64,000 nt of DNA from assembly GCA_964353705.1 (NCBI GenBank), contig CAYGXD010000004.1, positions 4,820 to 68,819 on the forward strand, read 5' to 3'. The translations under genes and the position numbers were made by a program. Below the pieces are notes generated by a model. It saw only the letters and a list, made by a program, of their open reading frames with translations, had not been told where the DNA came from and searched no databases. Below are positions 55,371 through 64,000 of the stretch, piece after piece (within the stretch, counting starts at the first letter, position 1; each line of letters starts with the position of its first letter). This stretch comes from an uncultured Eubacteriales bacterium (GTDB taxonomy: Bacteria; Acidobacteriota; Aminicenantia; Aminicenantales; UBA8522).

Positions 55371-55886
55371 TCAGGACCTTTTCGGGACGGGAACAGGCCG
55401 GGTGGAAAAGGTGACGAAGAACTTGGCCGTGTTCTTGACGCACCACCCATCCTCGCGAGACCGGGCGAAATACTTAACTCTTCCCTCCAGGATATGGCTT
55501 CCCTTCTTGGCCGCCGGGCTGACCGTGAAGGGGATGCGAATAGCCCTGGACAGGTCGAGCGCCTCTTCTTCCCCCCGGACCACGGTCTCGATCTCCAGGT
55601 CCGTTGCGTTATAGAAGTTCTTGGGAAAGATGATCTCGGCGCAGGGCTTGAACTCGATGATGAAATCAGGCTGGGGGCTGACAGAGAGGCCCTCGCGAAG
55701 GCTGAGCTTCAAGAAGACGGCTCCCTCCTCTCCCCGTAAGAGCTTGCGGGGAACGATCGAAGCTTCGATTTTGAGGAAGTCCTCCTGAGCGGAGAAAAGG
55801 CTGACGAGAACGAGACCCAGGGCGCCGGTTAACAGTCGGCCCGGGCTCGTCGTCATGGGTCTTATTCCACTTTTTCCCGATGCCAT
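55371..55886 (-). CDS. hypothetical secreted protein
   Basis: 171 aa with a signal-peptide-like N-terminus and no recognizable motif. Coding status rests on ORF length and non-overlap only. Confidence 0.3.
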   Translation of the reverse strand: MASGKSGIRPMTTSPGRLLTGALGLVLVSLFSAQEDFLKIEASIVPRKLLRGEEGAVFLKLSLREGLSVSPQPDFIIEFKPCAEIIFPKNFYNATDLEIETVVRGEEEALDLSRAIRIPFTVSPAAKKGSHILEGRVKYFARSREDGWCVKNTAKFFVTFSTRPVPVPKRS

Positions 55887-55975
55887 GGTACTCTCGGGGG
55901 GCCGAGCGCGTCAACTGAAACAAAATTTCCGCCTTTATTTTTGAAAACTCATCCATTATAATGAGGGCCATTGCC

Positions 55976-56977
55976 ATGAGCAGACGAACGATTATAGCCG
56001 GAATCGGTCATTTCGTCCCGCCCCGCGTGGTCACCAACTTCGACCTCGAAAAACTGATGAACACCTCTGACGAATGGATCCGTCAGAGGTCGGGAATCGT
56101 CGAAAGGCATCACGTCGAGCCGGGAGTGGGAACCTCGGAACTGGCCACCGAGGCCTCGTTGCGGGCGATCGAAAACGCCGGTATCGAGAAATCCCAGATC
56201 GACTTCATCATCGCCGCCACCCTCTCTCCCGACCACTATTTCCCCGGCATCGGCGTCATGGTCCAGGCTAAGCTGGGCCTCGCCCCGATCGGCGCCGTCG
56301 ATATCCGGAACCAGTGCTCCGGTTTCATCTACGCCCTTTCGGTGGCCGACCAATACATCCGGACGGGGGCCTATAAGAAAATCCTGCTGGTGGCCGCCGA
56401 GGTCCAATCGACCAACCTGGATTACTCCGACAGCGGCCGGGACATGGCCGTCCTCTTTGGAGACGGCGCGGCGGCGCTCATCCTTGAAGCAAACGAACTG
56501 GACAACGGGAGGGGCGTCCTGTCCACCCATCTCTTTGCCGACGGCCGTCATGTCTCCGACCTCTGGCTGGAAAAGCCGAGCTGCCTGGACAAGCCGTGCG
56601 TCACGGAAGAGATGGCCCGGACGAGAAAGTTTTTCCCTTATATGGACGGCAAGAATGTCTTCAAGAATGCGTCTGAAAAAATGCCGGCCGCCGTCCGGAC
56701 CGCCCTCGAGCATAACGGCCTTAAGGTCGAGGACGTCGCTCTTCTCATCCCCCACCAGGCCAACGACCGGATCAGCCAGATGGTTGCCCATAATCTCAAG
56801 ATCCCCCTGGAGAAGGTTGTCCGCAACATCCACAAGTACGGCAACACGACGGCGGCGTCGATCCCCATCGCCCTCGCTGAATCCGTCCAGGAGGGCCGGG
56901 TCAAAACCGGGGATATCATCGTGCTGACGGCCTTTGGCTCCGGCTACACCTGGGCGTCTGCAGTCCTGCGATGGTGA
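55976..56977 (+). CDS. fabH: 3-oxoacyl-ACP synthase III
   Basis: Cys-His-Asn catalytic triad context (NQCSGFIYAL ... HQANDRI ... GNTTAASIP). The start is called at the second ATG, which has a GAGGG Shine-Dalgarno. Confidence 0.8.
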   Translation: MSRRTIIAGIGHFVPPRVVTNFDLEKLMNTSDEWIRQRSGIVERHHVEPGVGTSELATEASLRAIENAGIEKSQIDFIIAATLSPDHYFPGIGVMVQAKLGLAPIGAVDIRNQCSGFIYALSVADQYIRTGAYKKILLVAAEVQSTNLDYSDSGRDMAVLFGDGAAALILEANELDNGRGVLSTHLFADGRHVSDLWLEKPSCLDKPCVTEEMARTRKFFPYMDGKNVFKNASEKMPAAVRTALEHNGLKVEDVALLIPHQANDRISQMVAHNLKIPLEKVVRNIHKYGNTTAASIPIALAESVQEGRVKTGDIIVLTAFGSGYTWASAVLRW

Positions 56978-57073
56978 GGCAAAAGTCCCTTGGATTCCCT
57001 TTCCTTTTTATGTTAGTATGCGCCGTTAGGAATATTCCGGGATATGGATTGTATAATAAATAAGGAGGCTCCC

Positions 57074-58852
57074 ATGCGAAAAACTACGGTTCCTGTCATC
57101 CTATTCGTCCTTGTCTTTATGTTCCTGGGCCTAGGCTTTCTCCTCTCCCAGCAGAACGGGGAAGAGGCCAAGTTCCAGAAAGTGATGGACGCCTATCTTG
57201 ATGCTTATTGGAAATTCTACCCGACCGCGGCTACCCTGGCCGGCTTTCACAAGTACGATGACAAGCTCGAAGACCTGAGCGAGAAGAACATCGATAAGCA
57301 CCACGATGAGCTGGACCTTTTCAGCCAGGACATGGTGACCAAAGCGGACAAGACCAAACTGGCAGTCGATTCCCAGGTCGACTACGACATCGTGAGAAAC
57401 GCCCTCGACCTGGAGCTCATGCGCCATGAGAACATCCTCCCCTGGCAATACAACCCCGTCTTTTATAACCAGCTCTTCTTGAACAGCCTGCGGAGCCTCC
57501 TGACCACCGAGTTCGCTCCTCTTGATGCCCGGATGAAGGGAGCGATCGAGAGGGCCAAGGCCCTTCCCGGCCTGATCAAGCAGGCGAAAACAAACCTGCA
57601 AACCCCGCCCCAGATCTACACGGAAACAGCCATCAAGCAATTCCCCGGGATCATGGATTTTTACAAAGTCGATGTCCCCCGGCTCATCGAACCGGCGCCG
57701 GCCGAAATGAAATCCCGGTTTCAGGCCGAATGGACAAAGGTGGTGGCCGCCCTGGAAGACTACCAGTCGTTCCTTCAAACTCAACTCCTACCCAAGTCCA
57801 CGGGCAATTTCCGTCTCGGCGAGCCGGCCCATTCCCGGCTACTCACCTTGACCAGTGAGTTCAGCATTCCCGCCCAGGAGCTGGTCGCCCGGGCCAAGGC
57901 CGATTACAACAACATCCGTCGCGAGATGGCCATGGTCTCCATGCCCTTTTATCGGATCATGTACCCCAACATCAACATGGAGCAGCTCTCGACCCAATAC
58001 AACGAAGAACAGCTCAGAAGCATTTTCATCAAGGGCGTTCTGGACAAGATCAAGGGAGAGCATCCCACCAAAGAGAACTTCATCGACCGGGCCAAGGCCA
58101 GCGCAGCGACGATCAAGTCGTTCCTCAGCGAAAAAGGGATCGTTGAACTCCCCAGCGGCGAACTGGCCATCGAGCCGATGCCCCGGGCCGAGCAGGGAGT
58201 CTGTTGGGCACGCCTGCTTTCCCCCGGCGCCTATGACGCAACCGGGTCCTACGCCGTCCAGATTTCTCCCCTGCCGGATGATTGGCCGGCCGAAAAGACC
58301 GAGTCCCTGCTCGAGGAATACAACAACTTCTACGCCCCTTGGTGGACGGTGCGCAATGTCTATCCGGGTTGGTTCATTTCCACGTTCTTCACCCAGAAGT
58401 CCGGCTCCCTTATGACAAAACTCTATCCTAATATGCCTCTGATCAAAGGCTGGCCGGTGAGTCTCGAAGAGACGATGATCCTGAACGGATTCGGCAATTT
58501 CGACCTTCGCCTGAGGATGAATCAGCTCAAGAGCCAGCTCAAGGTGGTCCTGGACTTCCAGCTGGAGCTCAATATCCACCAGGGCGGGATGACCAAGGAA
58601 CAGGCCGTCCAGTATATGACGGCCGGCGGTTTCCAGACCCCGGCGGAAGCCGAATGGAAATGGAACCGGATCCTTCTCATGCCCTGTGACTCCGCCTATG
58701 CCTACATCGGCTACCAGGAGATCATGGACATACAGAAGGACTATAAGAAAGCCAAGGGCGAAGCTTACAACGAGAAAGAGTTCCTTCAGAAGTTGCTGGA
58801 CTACGGCGCCCTGCCCATCCGCCATCTGAAGGCCAAGCTGGCCGGGCAATAG
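57074..58852 (+). CDS. DUF885 family secreted protein
   Basis: AAGGAGG Shine-Dalgarno, ATG at 57074, and a signal peptide. A protein of about 590 aa whose N-terminal pattern (YWKFYPTAATLAGFHKYDDKLEDLS) resembles DUF885. Confidence 0.5.
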   Translation: MRKTTVPVILFVLVFMFLGLGFLLSQQNGEEAKFQKVMDAYLDAYWKFYPTAATLAGFHKYDDKLEDLSEKNIDKHHDELDLFSQDMVTKADKTKLAVDSQVDYDIVRNALDLELMRHENILPWQYNPVFYNQLFLNSLRSLLTTEFAPLDARMKGAIERAKALPGLIKQAKTNLQTPPQIYTETAIKQFPGIMDFYKVDVPRLIEPAPAEMKSRFQAEWTKVVAALEDYQSFLQTQLLPKSTGNFRLGEPAHSRLLTLTSEFSIPAQELVARAKADYNNIRREMAMVSMPFYRIMYPNINMEQLSTQYNEEQLRSIFIKGVLDKIKGEHPTKENFIDRAKASAATIKSFLSEKGIVELPSGELAIEPMPRAEQGVCWARLLSPGAYDATGSYAVQISPLPDDWPAEKTESLLEEYNNFYAPWWTVRNVYPGWFISTFFTQKSGSLMTKLYPNMPLIKGWPVSLEETMILNGFGNFDLRLRMNQLKSQLKVVLDFQLELNIHQGGMTKEQAVQYMTAGGFQTPAEAEWKWNRILLMPCDSAYAYIGYQEIMDIQKDYKKAKGEAYNEKEFLQKLLDYGALPIRHLKAKLAGQ

Positions 58853-58911
58853 TCCGGGCCGGACCGGCCGGAGACCGGACCCCGATCTCCGGAAAGATAG
58901 ACAGTATCCTC

Positions 58912-59688
58912 ATGGAAATCGCCGACTCCCATGCTCATTTGGACATGTCCGAGTTCGACCCGGACCGTAAAGAGGCCGTGGGACGGGCTCAGGCCGGCGG
59001 CGTCAAGCACATCCTCTGCCCCCTCGACCTGACGGTTCCGGAGAGCCTGTCCCGGATTCTCGACCTCAAGCAGGAATTTCCGGGGATCGCGGCCGCGGCG
59101 GGGATCCATCCGCACCAAGCCAAATCCTATTCGCCTTCTCACCTCGAAGCGATCCGCCGGCTGGCCGGGGCCAGCCAGATCTCGGCGCTCGGGGAGATCG
59201 GCCTCGACCACCACTATGACTATTCCCCTGCGGCAGCTCAGGCCGATGTCTTCAGAGCCCAGCTCCGTCTTGCCCGGGAGCTGGGACTTCCCGTCATCAT
59301 CCACAGCCGGGAAGCAGGAAGGGAAATCCTGGCCGCGGTTAAGGAAGAAAAGTTCAACTGCGGCGGCGTGCTCCATTGTTTCACCGAGGACCGTGAAACC
59401 GCCGAGCAGATGATCGAGCAGGGCTTCTTTGTCTCCTTTTCGGGGATCCTGACTTACCCCAGCGCACGAAACCTCAGGGAAATCGCCGCCGGACTCCCTC
59501 TGGACAAGATCCTTGTCGAGACGGATTCCCCCTACCTTGTGCCCCAGACGCTGCGCAGCGTCAGGAAAAGGAACGAACCCCTTTTCGTCATCGAAACGGC
59601 CAAGGTGCTGGCCGGACTCAAGAACGTGCCGCTGGAGGAGATAGCCGCTCTCACCCTGCGCAACTATCACGCCGCCTTCAGGCTTTGA
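58912..59688 (+). CDS. tatD: TatD family hydrolase
   Basis: The N-terminus (IADSHAHLD) and other metal-binding His/Asp/Glu positions typical of TatD are present (GEIGLDHHY, IIHSREA, HCF, ETDSPYL). Confidence 0.85.
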   Translation: MEIADSHAHLDMSEFDPDRKEAVGRAQAGGVKHILCPLDLTVPESLSRILDLKQEFPGIAAAAGIHPHQAKSYSPSHLEAIRRLAGASQISALGEIGLDHHYDYSPAAAQADVFRAQLRLARELGLPVIIHSREAGREILAAVKEEKFNCGGVLHCFTEDRETAEQMIEQGFFVSFSGILTYPSARNLREIAAGLPLDKILVETDSPYLVPQTLRSVRKRNEPLFVIETAKVLAGLKNVPLEEIAALTLRNYHAAFRL

Positions 59689-61126
59689 CCGACTCGATTA
59701 TCCGGCGGAGCTCCAGTTCGAGGGCCGGCTCGAGCGGGGCGGGCCGGTGAGTCTCGAGAATGCTCTTGGCCCGAGCCCCGGCCCAGTCGGGCGCGCTATC
59801 CCTTTTTTGTTCCCAAACGGAAATGGGCCGGCGGTCCAGGAAGGAGTTCATCCAGAGCTCCCGCACGTGACGTTTGGTATGGCTGTGGGTCAGGAACGTC
59901 CCTCCGGGTCCCACCTCTTCAATCGCATCTATGGCCAGAGTCTCTTCGTTGACGGCAATTCCCTCCATCATCTTGACGACGATCCCGAAGATTTCACAGT
60001 CCATGATCATCTGAGCAAACGACCAGACGGTGCTCCCGGCGAGCAGGCCGACGCCCAGGAGCATATCCGACATGGACAACGACGCCATGAAAGTCGAAAG
60101 CGAGTTCTCCAGTCCGGCCTGCCAATTCGGTTCTTTGGCTCCGGTCGCGAAAGACCCCATCGAGAGCGGAACCCGGTAGAAATCGGCCAGCCGGTTGCTG
60201 GCCGCGCCGAACAGGAAATCCTCAGGCCCCCCCCCTGTGTAAGCACCCGTCCTGGGGTCCATCAACGTCTGGGCGGCCGCATAATAGACAGGCGCTCCGG
60301 GATGGGCGAGTTCAATGAGCGCCAGGCCGCTCAACACTTCCGCATTGGCCACGACGAGGTTGCCGGCCAGGGTCGCGGGCGCCGAAGAAAGGCCTGACGC
60401 CATGCTCATGAAACCCACGGGAAGCCCGAACTCCGCGCCGGTCAGGGCGGCTTCGAGGCTTCCGCCGTCATGGGCCAAGGGAGAGACCGTGCATTCCATG
60501 ACCGAAAGCAGCGGCCGCTTCCGCAGAGCGTCCTTCCCTCCGGCAAGCAGAGAGGCCATTTCGACGGCGCCGCGGGCTTCTCTTCCCGAGTAGATACTTT
60601 CCGTCTGGACGTGCTTGGTCGAACTCCTCCAGATGGCCAGGAGTTCGTGGAGGCCCCGCGTTTCGGGCGGACAGTCCTGGGCGGAGACGGGCACCCAGTG
60701 AAAGGCCACTTCCTCCAGATAGTCGGCGACACGGGCGATGTCGGCCACATCCTGGAGGACCGACCGGCGTCGTTCCCCCGTCCGGAGGTCGATGACTTCG
60801 ACACCACAGCCGTCGGTTCCGACATAGATGTGGTTCCCGTCAAGCGGCAGGTCCAGGGCCGGGTTGCGGGCCGCTAAAGTATAGACCGGGGGAGCCATCC
60901 GGAGAGCCTCCTCGATCAGCCGTCCGGGCGCCTTAACGATCATCGACCCGGTGTCCACCCGGGCGCCGTGAGATCTCCAGATATCCAAAGCCTTCGTCGA
61001 CGGGAATCTGATGCCCGCTTTCTCAATCACCCTCAAGCTGGCCTCGTGGATCTTCTGCACCTCTTCCGAACTGAGGATATTCAGGCTCAACCGGGGGTTG
61101 GAAACGGACTTGATCTTTTCGCTCAC
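59678..61126 (-). CDS. MttB-superfamily methyltransferase, non-pyrrolysine (quaternary-amine:corrinoid methyltransferase-like, MtgB/MtcB/MtpB group)
   Basis: Start called at a GTG (61124-61126) that lies 7 nt downstream of a perfect AAAGGAG Shine-Dalgarno and overlaps the upstream APC gene stop (GTGA). The TIM-barrel MttB-like sequence begins LSSEEVQKIHEASLRVIEKAGIRF. There is no in-frame TAG. The ATG at 61312 given by the ORF track adds a 62-aa low-complexity extension that overlaps the APC gene. Confidence 0.65.
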   Translation of the reverse strand: MSEKIKSVSNPRLSLNILSSEEVQKIHEASLRVIEKAGIRFPSTKALDIWRSHGARVDTGSMIVKAPGRLIEEALRMAPPVYTLAARNPALDLPLDGNHIYVGTDGCGVEVIDLRTGERRRSVLQDVADIARVADYLEEVAFHWVPVSAQDCPPETRGLHELLAIWRSSTKHVQTESIYSGREARGAVEMASLLAGGKDALRKRPLLSVMECTVSPLAHDGGSLEAALTGAEFGLPVGFMSMASGLSSAPATLAGNLVVANAEVLSGLALIELAHPGAPVYYAAAQTLMDPRTGAYTGGGPEDFLFGAASNRLADFYRVPLSMGSFATGAKEPNWQAGLENSLSTFMASLSMSDMLLGVGLLAGSTVWSFAQMIMDCEIFGIVVKMMEGIAVNEETLAIDAIEEVGPGGTFLTHSHTKRHVRELWMNSFLDRRPISVWEQKRDSAPDWAGARAKSILETHRPAPLEPALELELRRIIESVKA

Positions 61127-62571
61127 TTCAGGGCTCCTTTCTGAAGGGCATCTTCGGCTTTCGACTTCCTTCGCCAATAGAGATAAGCGGGGATGCCCAG
61201 GCCCAGCATGAGCAGGCCGAGCAGGGATTTCTGAGGCTCGGAGACGACGGTATTGATGAAGATGAGGAGGTTGATCAGGGCAAAAAGGATGGGGACGACG
61301 GGATACCCCCATGTCCGGTAAGGGCGGGGTAGATGAGGATGCTTGCGGCGCAGGACGATGACGGCCAGTCCGGTGGCGCCGAAAAAGATGACCAGGGCGA
61401 AAACGACGAATTCATAAAGATCCTGGTAAGTCCCCGTGAGGCACAGAAGACAGGACCAGATGGCCTGCCCGATGAGGGCTTTGGAAGGAACACGGTACCG
61501 GGGATGGACATAGCTCATGGCGCGGAAGAAGAGCTTGTCATCGGCCATAGCCATGTAAACCCTCGGGCCGAACAGGATGTTCGCGCTCAGGCAGCCGAAT
61601 ATGGAGGCGGCGATGGCCGCCGTGAAGATGGACGTGGCCGTCGGACCAAAGAGCTGGCTCGAGGCCAGCTCGCCGACCCGGGCGACGCCGCGCATTTTGT
61701 CCACCGGAAGGGCCAGGATATAGACAACGTTAACCAGAAGGTAGATGAGGGTGATGCTTAAGGTTCCCAAAAGAAGCCCAAGGGGAATGTTGCGCTCTGG
61801 CTTCTTGATCTCCTCCGCGGTGCAGTTGATGGCATACCAGCCGTCATAGGTCCAGAGGGCGGCGATCAAGGCTAACCCGAAAAGAGTGATGGCGTTAGGG
61901 ATGGACTCCGGGCCGCCTCGGAAGAGGTCAGCAACGCTGCTTATCCCCGCCCGCTTTCCCATCGTCAAACCCAGGACGACCAAGGCCAGGACCGACCCGA
62001 TACGGAGGAAGGTGAAGATGTTCTGGACGATCGCCCCGCTCTTGACACCGAAATAGTTCACTCCGGTCAGGAAGACGATCATGGCCGCAGCGACCAACTG
62101 TCCGGCGTAGAGCGAGTAGGGCTGCCCGAAGACGGTTGTCTTTACGAGCAGGCTCTGCGTGGACAATGCGGGGAAGAAGTAGCCGAAGAACTCGGCGAAG
62201 CCGACGGCCAGGGCGGCGATTCCCCCGCCCATGATGAACCAGAAAAAGCCCCAGCCGTAGAGATACCCGGCGAACGGCCCGTAGGCCTCCCGGATATAGA
62301 CATATTGCCCGCCCGCGCGGGGATACATGGCTCCGAGCTCGGCGCAGGAAAGGGCACCGCCGAGCGTGAACAAGCCGCCGACAAGCCAGACCAGCAGCAG
62401 CCAGCCCGGCGAAGGCAAGTATTCGAGGATGAAGCCCGAGGTCATGAAGATCCCGGAGCCGATGACCGCGCCGATGACGAGAAACGTGGTGTCCAGCAGG
62501 TTGAGCCGCCGCAGGAGCTGAGGTTTAGCCGGGCTGGCGATGGGCTCGGGTGACTTGGCTGGATTCGGCAT
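61123..62571 (-). CDS. APC-family amino acid / quaternary amine permease
   Basis: 482 aa, 12 TM segments, with an APC N-terminal motif (FLVIGAVIGSGIFM). Confidence 0.75.
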   Translation of the reverse strand: MPNPAKSPEPIASPAKPQLLRRLNLLDTTFLVIGAVIGSGIFMTSGFILEYLPSPGWLLLVWLVGGLFTLGGALSCAELGAMYPRAGGQYVYIREAYGPFAGYLYGWGFFWFIMGGGIAALAVGFAEFFGYFFPALSTQSLLVKTTVFGQPYSLYAGQLVAAAMIVFLTGVNYFGVKSGAIVQNIFTFLRIGSVLALVVLGLTMGKRAGISSVADLFRGGPESIPNAITLFGLALIAALWTYDGWYAINCTAEEIKKPERNIPLGLLLGTLSITLIYLLVNVVYILALPVDKMRGVARVGELASSQLFGPTATSIFTAAIAASIFGCLSANILFGPRVYMAMADDKLFFRAMSYVHPRYRVPSKALIGQAIWSCLLCLTGTYQDLYEFVVFALVIFFGATGLAVIVLRRKHPHLPRPYRTWGYPVVPILFALINLLIFINTVVSEPQKSLLGLLMLGLGIPAYLYWRRKSKAEDALQKGALK

Positions 62572-62642
62572 TTTTCTTCCCCCGGCTTATATCAAAGTCC
62601 GGCTCCCCAGTCAACCGCAACCCTCTTCCCAGCGGAATTGGT

Positions 62643-63761
62643 TTACAGGACCTGCTCGAGCGCTTTGGCGAAATGCTCGTTTTCTTCTTCTAGACCTGTC
62701 GATACACGGATGCAGTTGGGCAGGCCAAAAGCACGAAGTGGCCGCACGATGATACCCTTGTGCAGGAGTTTATCGTACAGCCTGTCAACCGCTTCCTCAG
62801 AGTCCAGGACTATGGTCACAAAATTGGCATGCGAATTGAGGTAGCGGATGTCCAAACGGTTGAAGAGCTCATAATAAAACTGAAGGCCGACCCGATTAAG
62901 CCGAAGGGTCTCTTCCAAGAAATCCGAGTCGCTCATGGCCGCGACCCCGGCCGCTTGGGCCAGATGGCTTGGCTCAAAGGTGAGTTTGACTTTCATGAGG
63001 TTAGAGATAAGCGGTTCGGCGGCGAAGCCGTAACCGATGCGGACGCCCGCCAAGCCGTAGGCCTTGGAGAATGTCCGCAGCGTAATGACGTTATCGAGCC
63101 GGTACTGCATGGAATCCGGGAAGACCGGGTCATGATGGGCGAATTCGAAATAGGCTTCGTCCAGGATGACCAGAACGCGTTCGGGGACGCGTTTCATGAA
63201 ATCGCGAAATTCGCTCACCGAGAAAATCGTGCCCGTCGGGTTGTTGGGATTGGCCAGGTAGATGACCTTGGTCTTTTCATGGATATGATCGGCAATCGCC
63301 CCCAGGTCAAATCGGTACTCCTTAAGGGGAACTTCATTGAGCCTTATCCCCCGCGACTGGGCCTGGATCCGGAAGCTGATAAAGGAATTAGCCGAGGTCA
63401 GCGCCTCCTCGTCGTCCAAAAGGAACGTGCCCATGATGACGGCGATAATACCCTCCGAACCGTGGGCCGCAAAGACGTTATCGCTTTTGACGTCATAGCG
63501 CTTGGCCAGAGCCTGCCGCAGATCATAGAAGTCGGGGCTCGGATAACGGTTGACGCCGGGCAGGGCCTCATGCATGGCTCGCAAGGCCTGGGGTGACGCG
63601 CCCAGGGGGTTTTCATTGGAGGCCAGTTTGACAACCCTCTTCAAACCCAGCTCGCGTTGCAGTTCCTCGATCGATTTCCCCGCCTGGTAAGGCTCCAGTG
63701 ATTGGATATGCCGAGGCACCAGTAGCCGGGATGGTGTTTCCGCCTTGCTCTGGCTGTTCAT
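62643..63761 (-). CDS. hisC: histidinol-phosphate aminotransferase
   Basis: Class II aminotransferase with N-terminal LEPYQAGKSIEELQRELG...KLASNENPLG and a PLP-lysine region. The start is called at the internal ATG (63761), which has a GGAGAG Shine-Dalgarno; the ORF-track N-terminal extension is low-complexity. Confidence 0.8.
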   Translation of the reverse strand: MNSQSKAETPSRLLVPRHIQSLEPYQAGKSIEELQRELGLKRVVKLASNENPLGASPQALRAMHEALPGVNRYPSPDFYDLRQALAKRYDVKSDNVFAAHGSEGIIAVIMGTFLLDDEEALTSANSFISFRIQAQSRGIRLNEVPLKEYRFDLGAIADHIHEKTKVIYLANPNNPTGTIFSVSEFRDFMKRVPERVLVILDEAYFEFAHHDPVFPDSMQYRLDNVITLRTFSKAYGLAGVRIGYGFAAEPLISNLMKVKLTFEPSHLAQAAGVAAMSDSDFLEETLRLNRVGLQFYYELFNRLDIRYLNSHANFVTIVLDSEEAVDRLYDKLLHKGIIVRPLRAFGLPNCIRVSTGLEEENEHFAKALEQVL

Positions 63762-64000
63762 TCTTTGACTCTCCTGCCTGTCCAAAAAGCATAACCCTCG
63801 GCCTGGGGAGGACGCGCCTCCGACGCGTCTCTCCTCCGGGACATGGACGAGAATCCATGTGGCCGGGAGCCAGAATCCTAGCTCCTGCCGAACCTGAAAG
63901 TCAAGCGGCAATAGTGGTTTTTGACATCCGTTTTTGGATTGATGTAAGCTGGGGAACCGGTATTCGGAAGACGGCAATAGGCCTCTCGGCAGGAGAAGAA

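Noticed and set aside
55941-55962. TTGAAA ... TATAAT pair upstream of fabH, looking like consensus -35/-10 hexamers
   Set aside because: The spacer is only 10 nt, too short for a sigma70 promoter. The implied transcription start would also remove the fabH ribosome-binding site. It was therefore not called as a promoter, although TATAAT with an alternative weak -35 remains possible.
58853-58911. GC-rich inverted repeats (CGGAGA-11nt-TCTCCG and CCGG palindromes) between DUF885 and tatD
   Set aside because: They could form a hairpin, but no T-tract follows and the genes are only 59 nt apart on the same strand. This is more likely simple GC-rich spacer than a terminator or riboswitch.

Overview
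This is a gene-dense (about 90% coding), high-GC chromosomal segment from a diderm bacterium. Lineage markers are BamA, Skp, LolCDE, LpxA and LpxI. I found no rRNA, tRNA, CRISPR, transposase or integrase genes. All calls rest on reading the translated ORFs (motifs, domain order, signal peptides) and gene context; no database search was possible.

Gene content, 5' to 3':
- 1-7.2 kb: threonine-dehydrogenase-like C-terminal fragment, a secreted alpha/beta-hydrolase peptidase, a DUF1028 Ntn-hydrolase fused to TPR repeats, a Tat-secreted GH109-like Gfo/Idh/MocA oxidoreductase, and a FecBCDE/BtuCDF-type iron-chelate ABC importer.
- 7.2-15 kb: a CBM9-like protein, spermidine synthase, a large SpoIID/LytB + SPOR protein, a class A beta-lactamase-family protein, an MFS transporter and an APC permease.
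- 15-17.4 kb: a LolA-like protein and an M48 lipoprotein peptidase.
- 17.4-23.4 kb: an outer-membrane biogenesis / lipid A block in the order bamA-skp-fabZ-lpxA-lpxI-Gfo/Idh/MocA. lpxD is absent from its canonical slot between skp and fabZ.
- 23.4-28.6 kb: lolCD, lysS, nusB, ribH, enoyl-CoA hydratase.
- 28.7-31.2 kb: a LonC-type Lon-like protease with a degenerate Walker A motif.
- 31.2-35.7 kb: rsuA-like, an OM beta-barrel protein, and two tandem FtsX/MacB-type permeases.
- 35.7-47 kb: a long minus-strand operon, ald-nuoE-nuoF-nuoG-like-nfnA-nfnB-CoA transferase-RNase HIII-alaX. This is a free-standing NuoEFG flavoprotein module fused transcriptionally to NfnAB.
- 47-50.3 kb: amidohydrolase, MBL-fold hydrolase, efp.
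- 50.3-54.4 kb: an SpoIVB-like S55 peptidase overlapping a 742-aa beta-propeller/Ig-like secreted protein.
- 54.4-59.7 kb: an epimerase, fabH, DUF885, tatD.
- 59.7-64 kb: an orphan non-pyrrolysine MttB-family methyltransferase translationally coupled (GTGA) to an APC transporter, then hisC.

The points most worth a second look are the MttB/APC pair with no corrinoid partner, the ald-nuoEFG-nfnAB redox operon, the rearranged lipid A cluster with a coupled Gfo/Idh/MocA gene, the LonC-type protease, and a 21-bp tandem-repeat-encoded Gly-Tyr-Pro insertion in BamA. Many long antisense ORFs in the six-frame track are high-GC artefacts and were rejected.
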